Assembly: GCA_043808785.1 (NCBI GenBank)
Contig: JAZDEL010000006.1
Coordinates: forward strand, 30,001 to 62,000
DNA from: Candidatus Iainarchaeum sp.
GTDB taxonomy: Archaea; Iainarchaeota; Iainarchaeia; Iainarchaeales; JAZDEL01
Length of the DNA stretch: 32,000 nucleotides
Direction: 5' to 3'
The position numbers and the translations under genes were made by a program. Every line of letters starts with the position of its first letter. Position 1 is the stretch's first letter. Shown one piece after another: positions 1 through 7,852 of the stretch. A model generated the notes under the pieces. The model had not been told where the DNA came from. It saw only the letters and a list, made by a program, of their open reading frames with translations, and did not search any database.

Positions 1-135
1 CTGGCTTTCGGAAACGTCGAAGTCCTCGAACTTCACGTTACGCTCCTTAAGGAAGTCCTTTGCCATGTGGCAGTAGGGGCAGTACGGGGAGGAATAAACG
101 TTTACCGATGCGGATTTTGCTGCGGACATTTTCAT
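1..135 (-). CDS. glutaredoxin-like thioredoxin-fold protein, N-terminal 45 codons only (rest lies beyond the left edge)
   Basis: Hand translation of the minus strand from ATG at 135 gives MKMSAAKSASVNVYSSPYCPYCHMAKDFLKERNVKFEDFDVSESQ. The strand-CPYC-helix layout is the classical glutaredoxin active site. AAAGGAGG precedes the ATG, so the true start may be the second ATG at 129. It is absent from the ORF track because it is truncated. Confidence 0.7.
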   Translation of the reverse strand, partial: MKMSAAKSASVNVYSSPYCPYCHMAKDFLKERNVKFEDFDVSESQ

Positions 136-231
136 GCCTCCTTTGAAATGCTTGGTTGCGCAGGCGGTTTAAGCAGCCGCCTGCGCGCGCAAAATTACGT
201 TCCCTGCTGCTTGTGCCGCCGCTGATTGCGG

Positions 232-1308
232 TCAGCAACTGCCTCCGCTGCCTGAACTTGCGCCGCTACCGAACCCTGCTGCGGGGGCTGTGGAGCTAAG
301 TGCCGTGTTGCACTCCTCCGGCGTGGTGTTGAACGCGAAGCAGATGGCTTTCTTTATGGACTCGGAATCCCTGTCGCTCTTCACAGCAGTGCCGTTTATG
401 ACCATTGTCGGGGAGCTGCCGACCGAGTAGCCTGCTGCGTAAGCCATGTCGCTGTCGTAGTATTCCTGCGCCTTGCCCTGCATGCAGGTTTCTAATTTCG
501 CGCTGTCGACTCCTGCGTCTGCCATCATCTTCGTGATGAACGGCGCAACGCAGGCCTCCATCTTCGCCTCGTCGCCGTTGAACTCTGTTGGCGAGTAGAA
601 TTTGTCCTGGCAGGCGCTTATGTCGGCGCTTGCCGCGAATGCGGACATGTATGCGTAGAGGGTTTCAGGCTGCTCCTCGCGCAGGCAGAGCTGCCTTTTG
701 GCTTCAAGTTCCTCGTGCATGCCGTGCATTGCGCCTATCTGGCGCACGGTTATATCGGCCTTGTCAGCAAGGAGCTCGACAACGGGGAACAGTCCCTTCT
801 CTACTTGCAGGCCGTAGGGGCAGTAACTGAATACGAACACATCTACCACTGGCTTGTCGGATTTCACGAGTTCGTCCGTAATTCCCCCGTTATCTGCCGG
901 GGTTTCAGCCTGCACAGTAGTGTCGATTAGCGACGGCGCAACAAACCTGCCGTCCATTGTTACGAAAAAACTACCGGGCATTGTGTTGCCGCCGCCCTCA
1001 ATCTCGAAATCTACCTGGTAAAAAAATCCATTGTAGTCCTTCGTGCCCTTAAGGCTCATTGTCCCGCCCTGCGGGACTATTATATTCTTGTTTACGAACG
1101 CGACCGAATCCTCACCCGCCTTTTCCTTGCTTACAGTTACGAATCCGCCCGGGGTTGCCGTGCCTGTTGCCCCGCCCTGCGGGAATGCATACATCCCCGC
1201 AAGCAGCCCGACGACAAGGAATGCCGCGGATGCCACGACAAGATAATCGAGGGAGTACTTGTTTTTTTCATCGGCCTTCTTTTCTTCGGCCTTCTTTTCT
1301 TCAGCCAT
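232..1308 (-). CDS. membrane-anchored thioredoxin-fold (DsbA/GILT-like) protein
   Basis: I trimmed the ORF 232..1407 to the ATG at 1308, which is preceded by AGGAGGT. The N-terminus is MAEEKKAEEKKADEK followed by one TM helix (YLVVASAAFLVVGLLAGMYAF). A thioredoxin-fold-like segment follows (VVDVFVFSYCPYGLQVEKGLFPVVELL ... MHGMHEELEAKRQLC). The tail is Gly/Ser-rich and ends in Cys. Confidence 0.6.
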   Translation of the reverse strand: MAEEKKAEEKKADEKNKYSLDYLVVASAAFLVVGLLAGMYAFPQGGATGTATPGGFVTVSKEKAGEDSVAFVNKNIIVPQGGTMSLKGTKDYNGFFYQVDFEIEGGGNTMPGSFFVTMDGRFVAPSLIDTTVQAETPADNGGITDELVKSDKPVVDVFVFSYCPYGLQVEKGLFPVVELLADKADITVRQIGAMHGMHEELEAKRQLCLREEQPETLYAYMSAFAASADISACQDKFYSPTEFNGDEAKMEACVAPFITKMMADAGVDSAKLETCMQGKAQEYYDSDMAYAAGYSVGSSPTMVINGTAVKSDRDSESIKKAICFAFNTTPEECNTALSSTAPAAGFGSGASSGSGGSC

Positions 1309-1427
1309 GTGAAACCTCCTGAGAAGTGCAAATGCATGAATTGTGCAGTGGAACTCTTTTAAATCATGTGTTTCTTTCCGGGGGGTGCGGCAATCCGCCG
1401 CAGGCATACCTGTTGCGGCACAAAAGG

Positions 1428-1434
1428 TTTAAAA
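1428..1434 (+). promoter_or_regulatory. BRE/TATA-like box (AAAAGGTTTAAAAGG) upstream of the HTH regulator
   Basis: TTTAAAA with a purine-rich 5' flank sits about 27 nt upstream of the ATG at 1458, which implies a leaderless or near-leaderless mRNA. The same AAAGGTTTA(T/A)AA shape recurs before nrdD. Confidence 0.4.
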
Positions 1435-1457
1435 GGGTTATTAACGATTGTGTATTT

Positions 1458-1823
1458 ATGAGCGTCAAGATGCCCTGCGAGATTGTCGGCTGGTATTTGC
1501 TCCCCGCGATAAGGAAGGGGGTAGTGAATGCGATGGTTGCCGAGGGCAAGGTTCCCAGGAAAAAGGTTGCAAAGGCGCTGGGCATTACCGAGGCCGCGGT
1601 GTGCAATTACATGAAGGGCAAGAGGGGCGCCAATCTGCCGCTTGGCAGCGAATGGAATATGGAAATAAGGAAAATTGCGAAAAAAATGGCAAATGCCGGG
1701 AAAGGCGGCGAAAAAGAGTTCATAATTGACACCTGTGCGCTGTGCACGCGCGTAAGGAAGGCGGGGCTGCTCTGCAAAATGCACAGGGAGCACGGTGCGC
1801 CTAAGGGCTGCAGTTCCTGCTGA
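1458..1823 (+). CDS. HTH transcriptional regulator with Cys-rich C-terminal metal/Fe-S-binding-like tail (COG2522-like)
   Basis: I trimmed the ORF 1326..1823 to the ATG at 1458 (MSVKMPCEIVGWYLLPAIRKG...). An HTH-like segment is present (RKKVAKALGITEAAVCNYMKGKRG). The C-terminus is CALCTRVRKAGLLCKMHREHGAPKGCSSC (CxxC..C..H..H..CxxC). Confidence 0.65.
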   Translation: MSVKMPCEIVGWYLLPAIRKGVVNAMVAEGKVPRKKVAKALGITEAAVCNYMKGKRGANLPLGSEWNMEIRKIAKKMANAGKGGEKEFIIDTCALCTRVRKAGLLCKMHREHGAPKGCSSC

Positions 1824-1839
1824 GCCTGGTGAAACCAAT

Positions 1840-2997
1840 ATGAAGCGCATTTACATGGACAACGCCGCAACAACGCGGATGGACGCGCGCGTACTGCACG
1901 CAATGCTGCCTTATTTCTCCGAAAAATTCGGGAATGCGTCCTCACTGCACGCATCCGGGAGGGAAGCGGCGGAGGCGCTTGAGCAGGCGAGGGGCAAAGT
2001 TGCGGGCGTTCTCGGGGCAAAAGCGGGGGAAGTTTGCTTCACTTCAGGGGGGACGGAAGCTGACAACCTCGCGGTAAAGGGCGCCGCTTTCGCGAACAGC
2101 GGAAAGGGGAACCACATAATAACGAGCGCAATAGAACACCCCGCCGTGCTGCAAACGTGCAAATTCCTTGAGCGCAAGGGGTTTGAGGTTACTTACCTGC
2201 CTGTTGACGGGTACGGGCTTGTGGACGCGGGTGCGCTTGAGCGCGCAATGACAAAAAAAACAATTCTTGTTTCGGTTATGCACGCGAACAACGAAGTAGG
2301 GACAATCGAGCCGGCTGCTGAAATCGGAAAAATTTGCGCGGGCAGGGGCGTGCTGTTCCACACGGATGCCGTGCAGACGTTCGGGAAGATTGCAACTGAT
2401 GTGAAGAGGCTGAATGCCGATTTGCTATCCATGAGTTCGCACAAGATTTACGGGCCGAAGGGCGCCGGGGCGCTTTACATAAGGGAAGGCGTTGCGCTTG
2501 AGCCGCTCATGCACGGGGGCGGGCACGAAAGGAAGATGCGCGCCGGCACCGAGAATATCGCGGGCATTGCCGGCTTCGGGGAAGCGGCGGCGATATGCGC
2601 GAGGGAGATGAAAATGGAGGCGGCAAGGGAAACCGCGCTCAGGGAAGGGCTTGTGAAGGGCGTGCTTTCTGAAATTGAGGGGAGCAGGCTGAACGGGCAT
2701 CCCAAAAAAAGGCTGCCGGGGAATGTGAATATTTCATTTGAGGGGATAGAAGGGGAGAGCCTTATAATGCGCCTTGACATGAAGGGAATTGCGGCATCTA
2801 CGGGCTCCGCGTGCTCCTCAAAATCGCTGAAGGCAAGCCATGTCCTGCTTGCGTGCGGCCTCGAGGAACTGGAAGCGCACGGCTCGCTCAGGCTTACGCT
2901 CGGAAGGACGAACACAAAGGCGGACGTGGAGTATGTGCTCAAGGCCCTGCCCGGAATTGTCGAAGGGCTGGGAAAAATAAGCCCGATTGCGAAGTGA
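1840..2997 (+). CDS. iscS: cysteine desulfurase (IscS/NifS family, PLP-dependent)
   Basis: The sequence starts MKRIYMDNAATT. It carries the PLP-lysine motif SSHKIYGPKG, an HTDAVQ motif and the active-site loop STGSACSS. The start was trimmed to the ATG at 1840. Confidence 0.92.
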   Translation: MKRIYMDNAATTRMDARVLHAMLPYFSEKFGNASSLHASGREAAEALEQARGKVAGVLGAKAGEVCFTSGGTEADNLAVKGAAFANSGKGNHIITSAIEHPAVLQTCKFLERKGFEVTYLPVDGYGLVDAGALERAMTKKTILVSVMHANNEVGTIEPAAEIGKICAGRGVLFHTDAVQTFGKIATDVKRLNADLLSMSSHKIYGPKGAGALYIREGVALEPLMHGGGHERKMRAGTENIAGIAGFGEAAAICAREMKMEAARETALREGLVKGVLSEIEGSRLNGHPKKRLPGNVNISFEGIEGESLIMRLDMKGIAASTGSACSSKSLKASHVLLACGLEELEAHGSLRLTLGRTNTKADVEYVLKALPGIVEGLGKISPIAK

Positions 2998-3022
2998 ATG
3001 TTGATTATAAGGGCGTGGGAAT

Positions 3023-3478
3023 GTGTACGGGAAAAAGGTAATGGATGAATTCAAAAACCCGAAGGGCATGGGCAGGATAGAGGGTGCGGACGGTGTGGGG
3101 ACTGTCGGAAATCCGCAATGCGGGGATGTTATGAAAGTCTACATCAAAGTTCAGAAGGGCAAAATCGCGGATGTGAAGGTCGAAACATACGGGTGCGTTG
3201 CCGCGATTGCAACATCATCCATGGTTGCACAGATGGTTAAGGGGAAAACAATTGCCGCGGCGGGAAGGCTGACGAAAGAAGAGGTTGCAAAAAAGCTTGG
3301 CGGCCTGCCCCCGATAAAGATGCACTGCTCGGTGCTTGCCGTGGACGGGCTCAGGGCGGCAATAGAGGATTACCTGGAAAGGGACGGGAGAGAGGAAGGA
3401 AAAGTTGTGCGCGGAATGAAATGCCGCGGCGGGCTGGCGCGGGGAAAGCGTGCCGGCACGAAAACCAAACTCCGCTAG
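3023..3478 (+). CDS. iscU: Fe-S cluster assembly scaffold IscU/NifU-like
   Basis: The GTG start gives (M)YGKKVMDEFKNPKGMG. The three scaffold cysteines are present in GNPQCGD, YGCVAAIATSS and MHCS. A roughly 28-aa basic C-terminal extension is atypical. Confidence 0.85.
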   Translation: MYGKKVMDEFKNPKGMGRIEGADGVGTVGNPQCGDVMKVYIKVQKGKIADVKVETYGCVAAIATSSMVAQMVKGKTIAAAGRLTKEEVAKKLGGLPPIKMHCSVLAVDGLRAAIEDYLERDGREEGKVVRGMKCRGGLARGKRAGTKTKLR

Positions 3479-3563
3479 GCGGGCGCAAATAAAACGGTCA
3501 GGAAACCGAAAAAACAGGCGAACAACAGTTAGGTTTTTTTATCTTCCCATTCAGCGGAAAAGG

Positions 3564-3571
3564 TTTATAAA
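3564..3571 (+). promoter_or_regulatory. BRE/TATA-like box (GGAAAAGGTTTATAAAC) upstream of nrdD
   Basis: TTTATAAA with a purine-rich upstream flank lies about 65 nt before the ATG at 3634. A GGCGGTGA SD-like motif lies just before the ATG. Confidence 0.35.
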
Positions 3572-3633
3572 CAAAGCAACCGATAATTACATTCCTCTTG
3601 GTTTTATTTTTGCTCAAAAGGCGGTGAATTTAT

Positions 3634-6591
3634 ATGGAAAACGAAATAGCCTCCATAAGGAAGCGCGACGGCAGGATTGTGCCCTTTGACGGCGGGAAGA
3701 TAACGAACGCGATTTTCAAGGCAGCGCAGGCTGTGGGGGGAAGCGACAAGGCAACAGCGGACAGGCTTGCGGGAAGGGTTTTCGAGGCGCTTGGGAAGAG
3801 GTTCAGGGCGGATGAGATACCGAACGTTGAGCAGATACAGGACGTTGTTGAAAAGGTGCTTATAGAGGAGGGGCACGCAAAGACAGCGAAGGCTTACATA
3901 CTTTACAGGCAGCAGCACAGGAAGATAAGGGAAATGGAGAGCACGCTCGTGGACGTGCAGAACACCATTGATGAGTACCTGGAGCAGAGCGACTGGAGGG
4001 TAAAGGAGAACAGCAACGAGGCGTATTCGTTCAGCGGCCTGCTGCTGCATACGGCAGGGAAAGTCATTGCGACTTACGCGCTGACGGAAATTTACACGCC
4101 GGAAATAAGCGAGGCGCACAAGAAGGGATATTTCCATATACATGATTTGAGCCACGGGTTTATAGGCTACTGCGCGGGATGGAGTTTGGAAAAGTTGCTT
4201 GAGCGCGGCTTCGGGGGAGTGGCGAACAAGGTGGATGCGAAGCCCGCAAAGCACATGGATGTTGTAGTGCACCAGATGGTAAACTACATAGGCTGCCTGC
4301 AGATGGAGTTTGCGGGGGCGCAGGCGTTCAGCAGTGTTGATACGCTTCTTGCGCCTTTTGTTAAGGCAGACAACCTCACATATAAACAGGTCAAGCAGGA
4401 CATGCAGAAGCTTGTGTTCTCGCTGAACATTCCCTCCAGATGGGGCTGCTTCAGCGAGGATACTGAAATCCTCACGGAAGCGGGCTGGAGGAACGGCACT
4501 GAACTCGGGGAAGGGGATGTGATTGCAACGTTCAACACCGGCACGGAGGAAATAGAATATTTGCCCGTGCTGAGAATGACAAAAGACCATTACAAGGGAA
4601 AAATGAAAAGGCTGAAGAACAGGATTACGGACCAGCTGATTACGCCAAACCACAGGGTGCTGAGAAGGATACACAATTACAAGGAAGGGGTTTCAAAATC
4701 GAAATATGTTTTCGAGGAAGCGGACAGCCTGAAAACGGGCATTCCGCTTATACCGCTCGGCGGAACTTACAACGGAAATAAAATGGATGGCGACATGGTT
4801 AACCTCCTTTCATGGGTTGTTTCCGAGGGCAGCCTGTGCGAAGGGGAAAGGGTGGCAATCCACCAGTCCGCGGAAATGAACCCGCAGAACTGCGATGAGA
4901 TAAGGGGAACGCTTGGCGGGCTTGAAATTCCATTTGATGAAATGCCTAAAATGTCGGGGTTCACGGGAAAAACAAACTGCCTGAGGTTCAGGCTGAACAG
5001 GCCTGCATCGAGGGCTCTGCGGAACGAATTTTTCCCGGAATACAAGAAAGGGATTCCTGAAAGCATAAGGCATCTGCCAACCGAACAGATAAGGCAGTTT
5101 GTGGAAACATATATGAAGGCTGACGGCTGGCTGCCTGAGAACAAAATTTACACAAAGAAGCAATCTGATGCGGACATATTCCAGGAGATTATAGCAAAGG
5201 CGGGCTGGGGCAGCACGTGCTACAAGAACAAGAACGGCATTTATGTCGTGAGGGTTATAAGGCACCATTACACGCAGGTCACATCGATATGCGAGGAGGA
5301 TTATGACGGAATTGTCTGGTGCCCGACAACGGAGAACAACACAGTTGTTGTGAGGAGAAAGGGGAAAGTTTTCATAAGCGGGAACTCGCAGTATCCTTTC
5401 AGCAACCTCACATTCGACTGGGTTGTTCCCGAGGATATGAAGAACAAGAAGGCGCTTGTCGGCGGCGTGAGGCAGGAGTTCACTTACGCAGACTGCCAGA
5501 AGGAGATGGACATGATAAACAAGGCGTTCCTTGAAATCATGGGCGCGGGGGACGCGAACGGAAGGGTATTCACGTTCCCGATTCCGACATATAACCTGAC
5601 AAAGGACTTTGACTGGGATAGTGAGAATGCAAACCTCCTCTTTGAGGTTACGGCGAAGTATGGCTTGCCCTATTTCCAGAACTACATAGGCAGTGCGCTG
5701 GAGCCGAGGAGCATAAGGGCTATGTGCTGCAGATTAAACATGGACACGACGCAATTGATGAACAGGCCCGGGAGCATGTGGGGCCCGGGGGACAGCACGG
5801 GCAGCATAGGGGTAGTGACAATCAACGTGAACAGGCTTGCGTACGAGGCGAAGAACAGGGAGGAGTATTTCAGGAAGCTTGCGCACTACATGGGGCTTGC
5901 GAAGCAGTCATTGGAAACAAAAAGGGCGATAATAAACAAGAACCTCGAGAACGGGCTCATGCCCTATACGAAATCATACCTCGGCACGTTCAGGAACCAC
6001 TTCTCGACAATAGGGCTCTGCGGAATGAACGAGGCGTGCAAGAACCAGGTCGGGGAGGGAATAAACGGCAGGGAGGGCAAGCAGTTTGCAATAGAAACGC
6101 TGAATTTCATGCGCAACAAGTGCCTTGAGTTCCAAATAGAGACGGGCAGCCTTTACAACCTTGAGGCAACGCCCGCGGAAAGCGCTTCTTTCAGGCTTGC
6201 GAAACTCGACAAGGAAATGTATCCCGACATCATAACCTCGGGGAAGGATGTGCCTTACCTTACGAACTCCACGCAATTGGGCGTGGGGGAGACGGATGAT
6301 GTAATCGAGGCGCTGGAGCACCAGAACGACCTGCAGCCCCTTTATACAGGAGGCACGATATTCCACACGTTCATGGGCGAGAAGGTTTCGAGCGGCGGGG
6401 CGTGCAAGAGGCTTGTGAGGAAAATAGCGGAGAACACGAGGCTGCCTTACTACAGCATAACCCCCACGTTCAGCGTGTGCCCGGAGCACGGGTATATTGC
6501 AGGGGAGCATTTCAGGTGCCCCGTGTGCACGGATGGCGGCAAGGGGAAGGCGGAGAAAGAAGCGGTGGCGGTTTCGCACAAGGCAGGGTAA
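3634..6591 (+). CDS. nrdD: anaerobic (class III) ribonucleoside-triphosphate reductase large chain; contains an intein and lacks the glycyl-radical C-terminus
   Basis: An N-terminal ATP-cone is present (IRKRDGRIVPFDGGKITNAIFKA). NrdD core motifs are present (NIPSRWG / SQYPFSNLTFDW, RAMCCRLN, LYNLEATPAE). The C-terminal metal site is TPTFSVCPEHGYIAGEHFRCPVC. The ORF then ends in a non-conserved-looking tail without an RxxGY glycyl-radical motif. Confidence 0.9.
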   Translation: MENEIASIRKRDGRIVPFDGGKITNAIFKAAQAVGGSDKATADRLAGRVFEALGKRFRADEIPNVEQIQDVVEKVLIEEGHAKTAKAYILYRQQHRKIREMESTLVDVQNTIDEYLEQSDWRVKENSNEAYSFSGLLLHTAGKVIATYALTEIYTPEISEAHKKGYFHIHDLSHGFIGYCAGWSLEKLLERGFGGVANKVDAKPAKHMDVVVHQMVNYIGCLQMEFAGAQAFSSVDTLLAPFVKADNLTYKQVKQDMQKLVFSLNIPSRWGCFSEDTEILTEAGWRNGTELGEGDVIATFNTGTEEIEYLPVLRMTKDHYKGKMKRLKNRITDQLITPNHRVLRRIHNYKEGVSKSKYVFEEADSLKTGIPLIPLGGTYNGNKMDGDMVNLLSWVVSEGSLCEGERVAIHQSAEMNPQNCDEIRGTLGGLEIPFDEMPKMSGFTGKTNCLRFRLNRPASRALRNEFFPEYKKGIPESIRHLPTEQIRQFVETYMKADGWLPENKIYTKKQSDADIFQEIIAKAGWGSTCYKNKNGIYVVRVIRHHYTQVTSICEEDYDGIVWCPTTENNTVVVRRKGKVFISGNSQYPFSNLTFDWVVPEDMKNKKALVGGVRQEFTYADCQKEMDMINKAFLEIMGAGDANGRVFTFPIPTYNLTKDFDWDSENANLLFEVTAKYGLPYFQNYIGSALEPRSIRAMCCRLNMDTTQLMNRPGSMWGPGDSTGSIGVVTINVNRLAYEAKNREEYFRKLAHYMGLAKQSLETKRAIINKNLENGLMPYTKSYLGTFRNHFSTIGLCGMNEACKNQVGEGINGREGKQFAIETLNFMRNKCLEFQIETGSLYNLEATPAESASFRLAKLDKEMYPDIITSGKDVPYLTNSTQLGVGETDDVIEALEHQNDLQPLYTGGTIFHTFMGEKVSSGGACKRLVRKIAENTRLPYYSITPTFSVCPEHGYIAGEHFRCPVCTDGGKGKAEKEAVAVSHKAG
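4447..5385 (+). mobile_element. intein (313 aa) with LAGLIDADG homing-endonuclease domain, inserted in nrdD between ...SRWG and SQYPF...
   Basis: It starts with Cys (CFSEDTEILTEAGW, block A). Block B is ITPNHRVL. LAGLIDADG-like blocks are LLSWVVSEGS and FVETYMKADGW. The terminal block is VVVRRKGKVFISGN, followed by a +1 Ser. The flanking extein sequence reconstitutes the conserved RWG-SQxPFSN motif. Confidence 0.8.
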
Positions 6592-6638
6592 AAGTTAGCG
6601 CAGCAAATTAAATTTACGCAAAAAACGAGGTGATGTGA

Positions 6639-6800
6639 ATGGCGGAATGCGGAAAGGAGTGCGAGGTATACAGCAGGATTGTCGGCTACTTCAGGCCTGT
6701 GCAGAACTGGAACATGGGCAAGAGGGAGGAGTTCGGCGAGAGGCTTGAATACAGCGAACAGAAGGCGCTTGCGGGGGAGTTCGCCAAACGGGGCAAGTGA
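6639..6800 (+). CDS. stand-alone class III RNR glycyl-radical domain (53 aa)
   Basis: Hand translation gives MAECGKECEVYSRIVGYFRPVQNWNMGKREEFGERLEYSEQKALAGEFAKRGK. The RIVGY-FRPV-xxWNxGKxxEF pattern is the canonical NrdD C-terminal glycyl-radical signature. GAGGTGAT lies upstream of the ATG. The frame differs from nrdD, and the 47-nt spacer has stops in all three frames. Confidence 0.7.
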   Translation: MAECGKECEVYSRIVGYFRPVQNWNMGKREEFGERLEYSEQKALAGEFAKRGK

Positions 6801-6804
6801 TTTT

Positions 6805-7047
6805 TTGATAAAGGCTTACAAATTATTCACGATACAGACATGCACCAAATGCCCCGAAATCAAGGGGTTCCTTGCGGGCACGGGGCTGAAGGGCGAGGAG
6901 ATAAACGCAACAACCGATGCGGGGTTTGAAGAGGCGAAAAAGCACAATGTAATGGCCGCGCCCACCGTGATTTTTTTTGACGGGAACGGGAAGGAAGTTG
7001 CAAGGGCGGGCACGATTGAGGAGATAAAAAAACTGCTCCTGCCGTGA
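6805..7047 (+). CDS. small thioredoxin/NrdH-like redoxin (80 aa, CTKC active site)
   Basis: A TTG start at 6805, 4 nt after the stop of the glycyl-radical ORF, gives (M)IKAYKLFTIQTCTKCPEIKGFL...AAPTVIFFDGNGKEV. That is a CxxC after strand 1 plus a cis-Pro-like APT motif. The upstream part of track ORF 6679..7047 overlaps the previous gene and was discarded. Confidence 0.6.
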   Translation: MIKAYKLFTIQTCTKCPEIKGFLAGTGLKGEEINATTDAGFEEAKKHNVMAAPTVIFFDGNGKEVARAGTIEEIKKLLLP

Positions 7048-7099
7048 CTGCGCGTTTGCAAACCGTGCGGAATCCGCAAACCCGCAGGAGGGTGTTTTT

Positions 7100-7798
7100 A
7101 TGCAAATAAATGGACTCCAGAAAACCACGCTCATAGATTTCCCCGGAAAGGTTGCCTGCACTGTTTTCCTTGCGGGATGCAACTTCAGGTGCCCTTACTG
7201 CCAGAACCCCGACCTTATCGAGGGTTCCGGGAAACTGCCGGCAATTCCCGAAGAAGAGTTCTTCGGCTTCCTTGAAGGCAGGAAAAAATGGCTGGATGGG
7301 GTTTGCATAACGGGCGGGGAGCCGACGATAAACGGGGAACTTCCGCGATTCGTGAAAAAAATAACGGAACTGGGGTTTGCGGTGAAGCTTGACACCAACG
7401 GCACGAACCCGGAAATGCTTGCGGAACTTTTAAAGGCGGGGCTGCTTGATTACGTTGCAATGGACATAAAGGCGCCACTCGGGAGGTATACGGGGGTTGC
7501 GCGCGTTAAGGCGGATGCGGATGCGGTAAAAAAAAGCGCTGCGCTGCTCATGAAAAGCGGGGTTGAATACGAATTCAGGACAACGGTTGTGCCCGGGCTT
7601 TTCGATGAAAAGGATGCGCGGGAGATTGCGAAGTGGCTTAAGGGCGCGGAGAAATATTACATACAGCAGTTCAATCCGCGCACAAGGCTGCTGGACAGGG
7701 CATTCGAGAAGATTGAGCCCTACCCGGGGAAACGGCTTGAGGGGTTCGGGAAAATTATGAAGCCTTCGTTCAGGATTTGCGAAATAAGGGGAATTTGA
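7100..7798 (+). CDS. nrdG: anaerobic RNR activating enzyme (radical SAM)
   Basis: GLQKTTLIDFPGKVACTVFLAGCNFRCPYCQNPDL contains the CxxxCxxC radical-SAM cluster motif. A GGEPT motif is present. AGGAGGG SD lies upstream. Confidence 0.88.
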   Translation: MQINGLQKTTLIDFPGKVACTVFLAGCNFRCPYCQNPDLIEGSGKLPAIPEEEFFGFLEGRKKWLDGVCITGGEPTINGELPRFVKKITELGFAVKLDTNGTNPEMLAELLKAGLLDYVAMDIKAPLGRYTGVARVKADADAVKKSAALLMKSGVEYEFRTTVVPGLFDEKDAREIAKWLKGAEKYYIQQFNPRTRLLDRAFEKIEPYPGKRLEGFGKIMKPSFRICEIRGI

Positions 7799-7852
7799 AC
7801 CGCGGACATAAATATAAAAAACATTCACGGGATTGTTATTTCGGGTGGTTTT

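Noticed and set aside
1326-1457. Upstream extension of the HTH regulator ORF (and similarly 1795..1839 for iscS, 15679..15750 for the ABC ATPase, 18050..18085 for the CARDB protein)
   Set aside because: The extensions run through promoter or TATA sequence or the preceding gene. The internal ATGs give N-termini that match family-typical starts and have SD or TATA at proper spacing.
3604-4674. 356-aa minus-strand ORF antisense to nrdD
   Set aside because: It is a shadow ORF of a strongly supported gene. It has an Arg/Leu/Val/His-rich composition, no recognisable motifs and no promoter or SD.
6589-6641. Stop-codon read-through, programmed frameshift or a second intervening element joining nrdD to the glycyl-radical ORF
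   Set aside because: The small ORF is in a different frame from nrdD. The 47-nt spacer has stops in all three frames. It has no intein-like (Cys/Ser...Asn) or BHB-like boundaries, and the small ORF has its own SD-like GAGGTGAT. A multi-base assembly error cannot be excluded from sequence alone.
6679-6804. N-terminal 42 codons of track ORF 6679..7047
   Set aside because: This part overlaps the glycyl-radical ORF in another frame and is Arg/Gly/Ser-rich. Redoxin homology begins only at the TTG at 6805 (IKAYKLFTIQTCTKCP).
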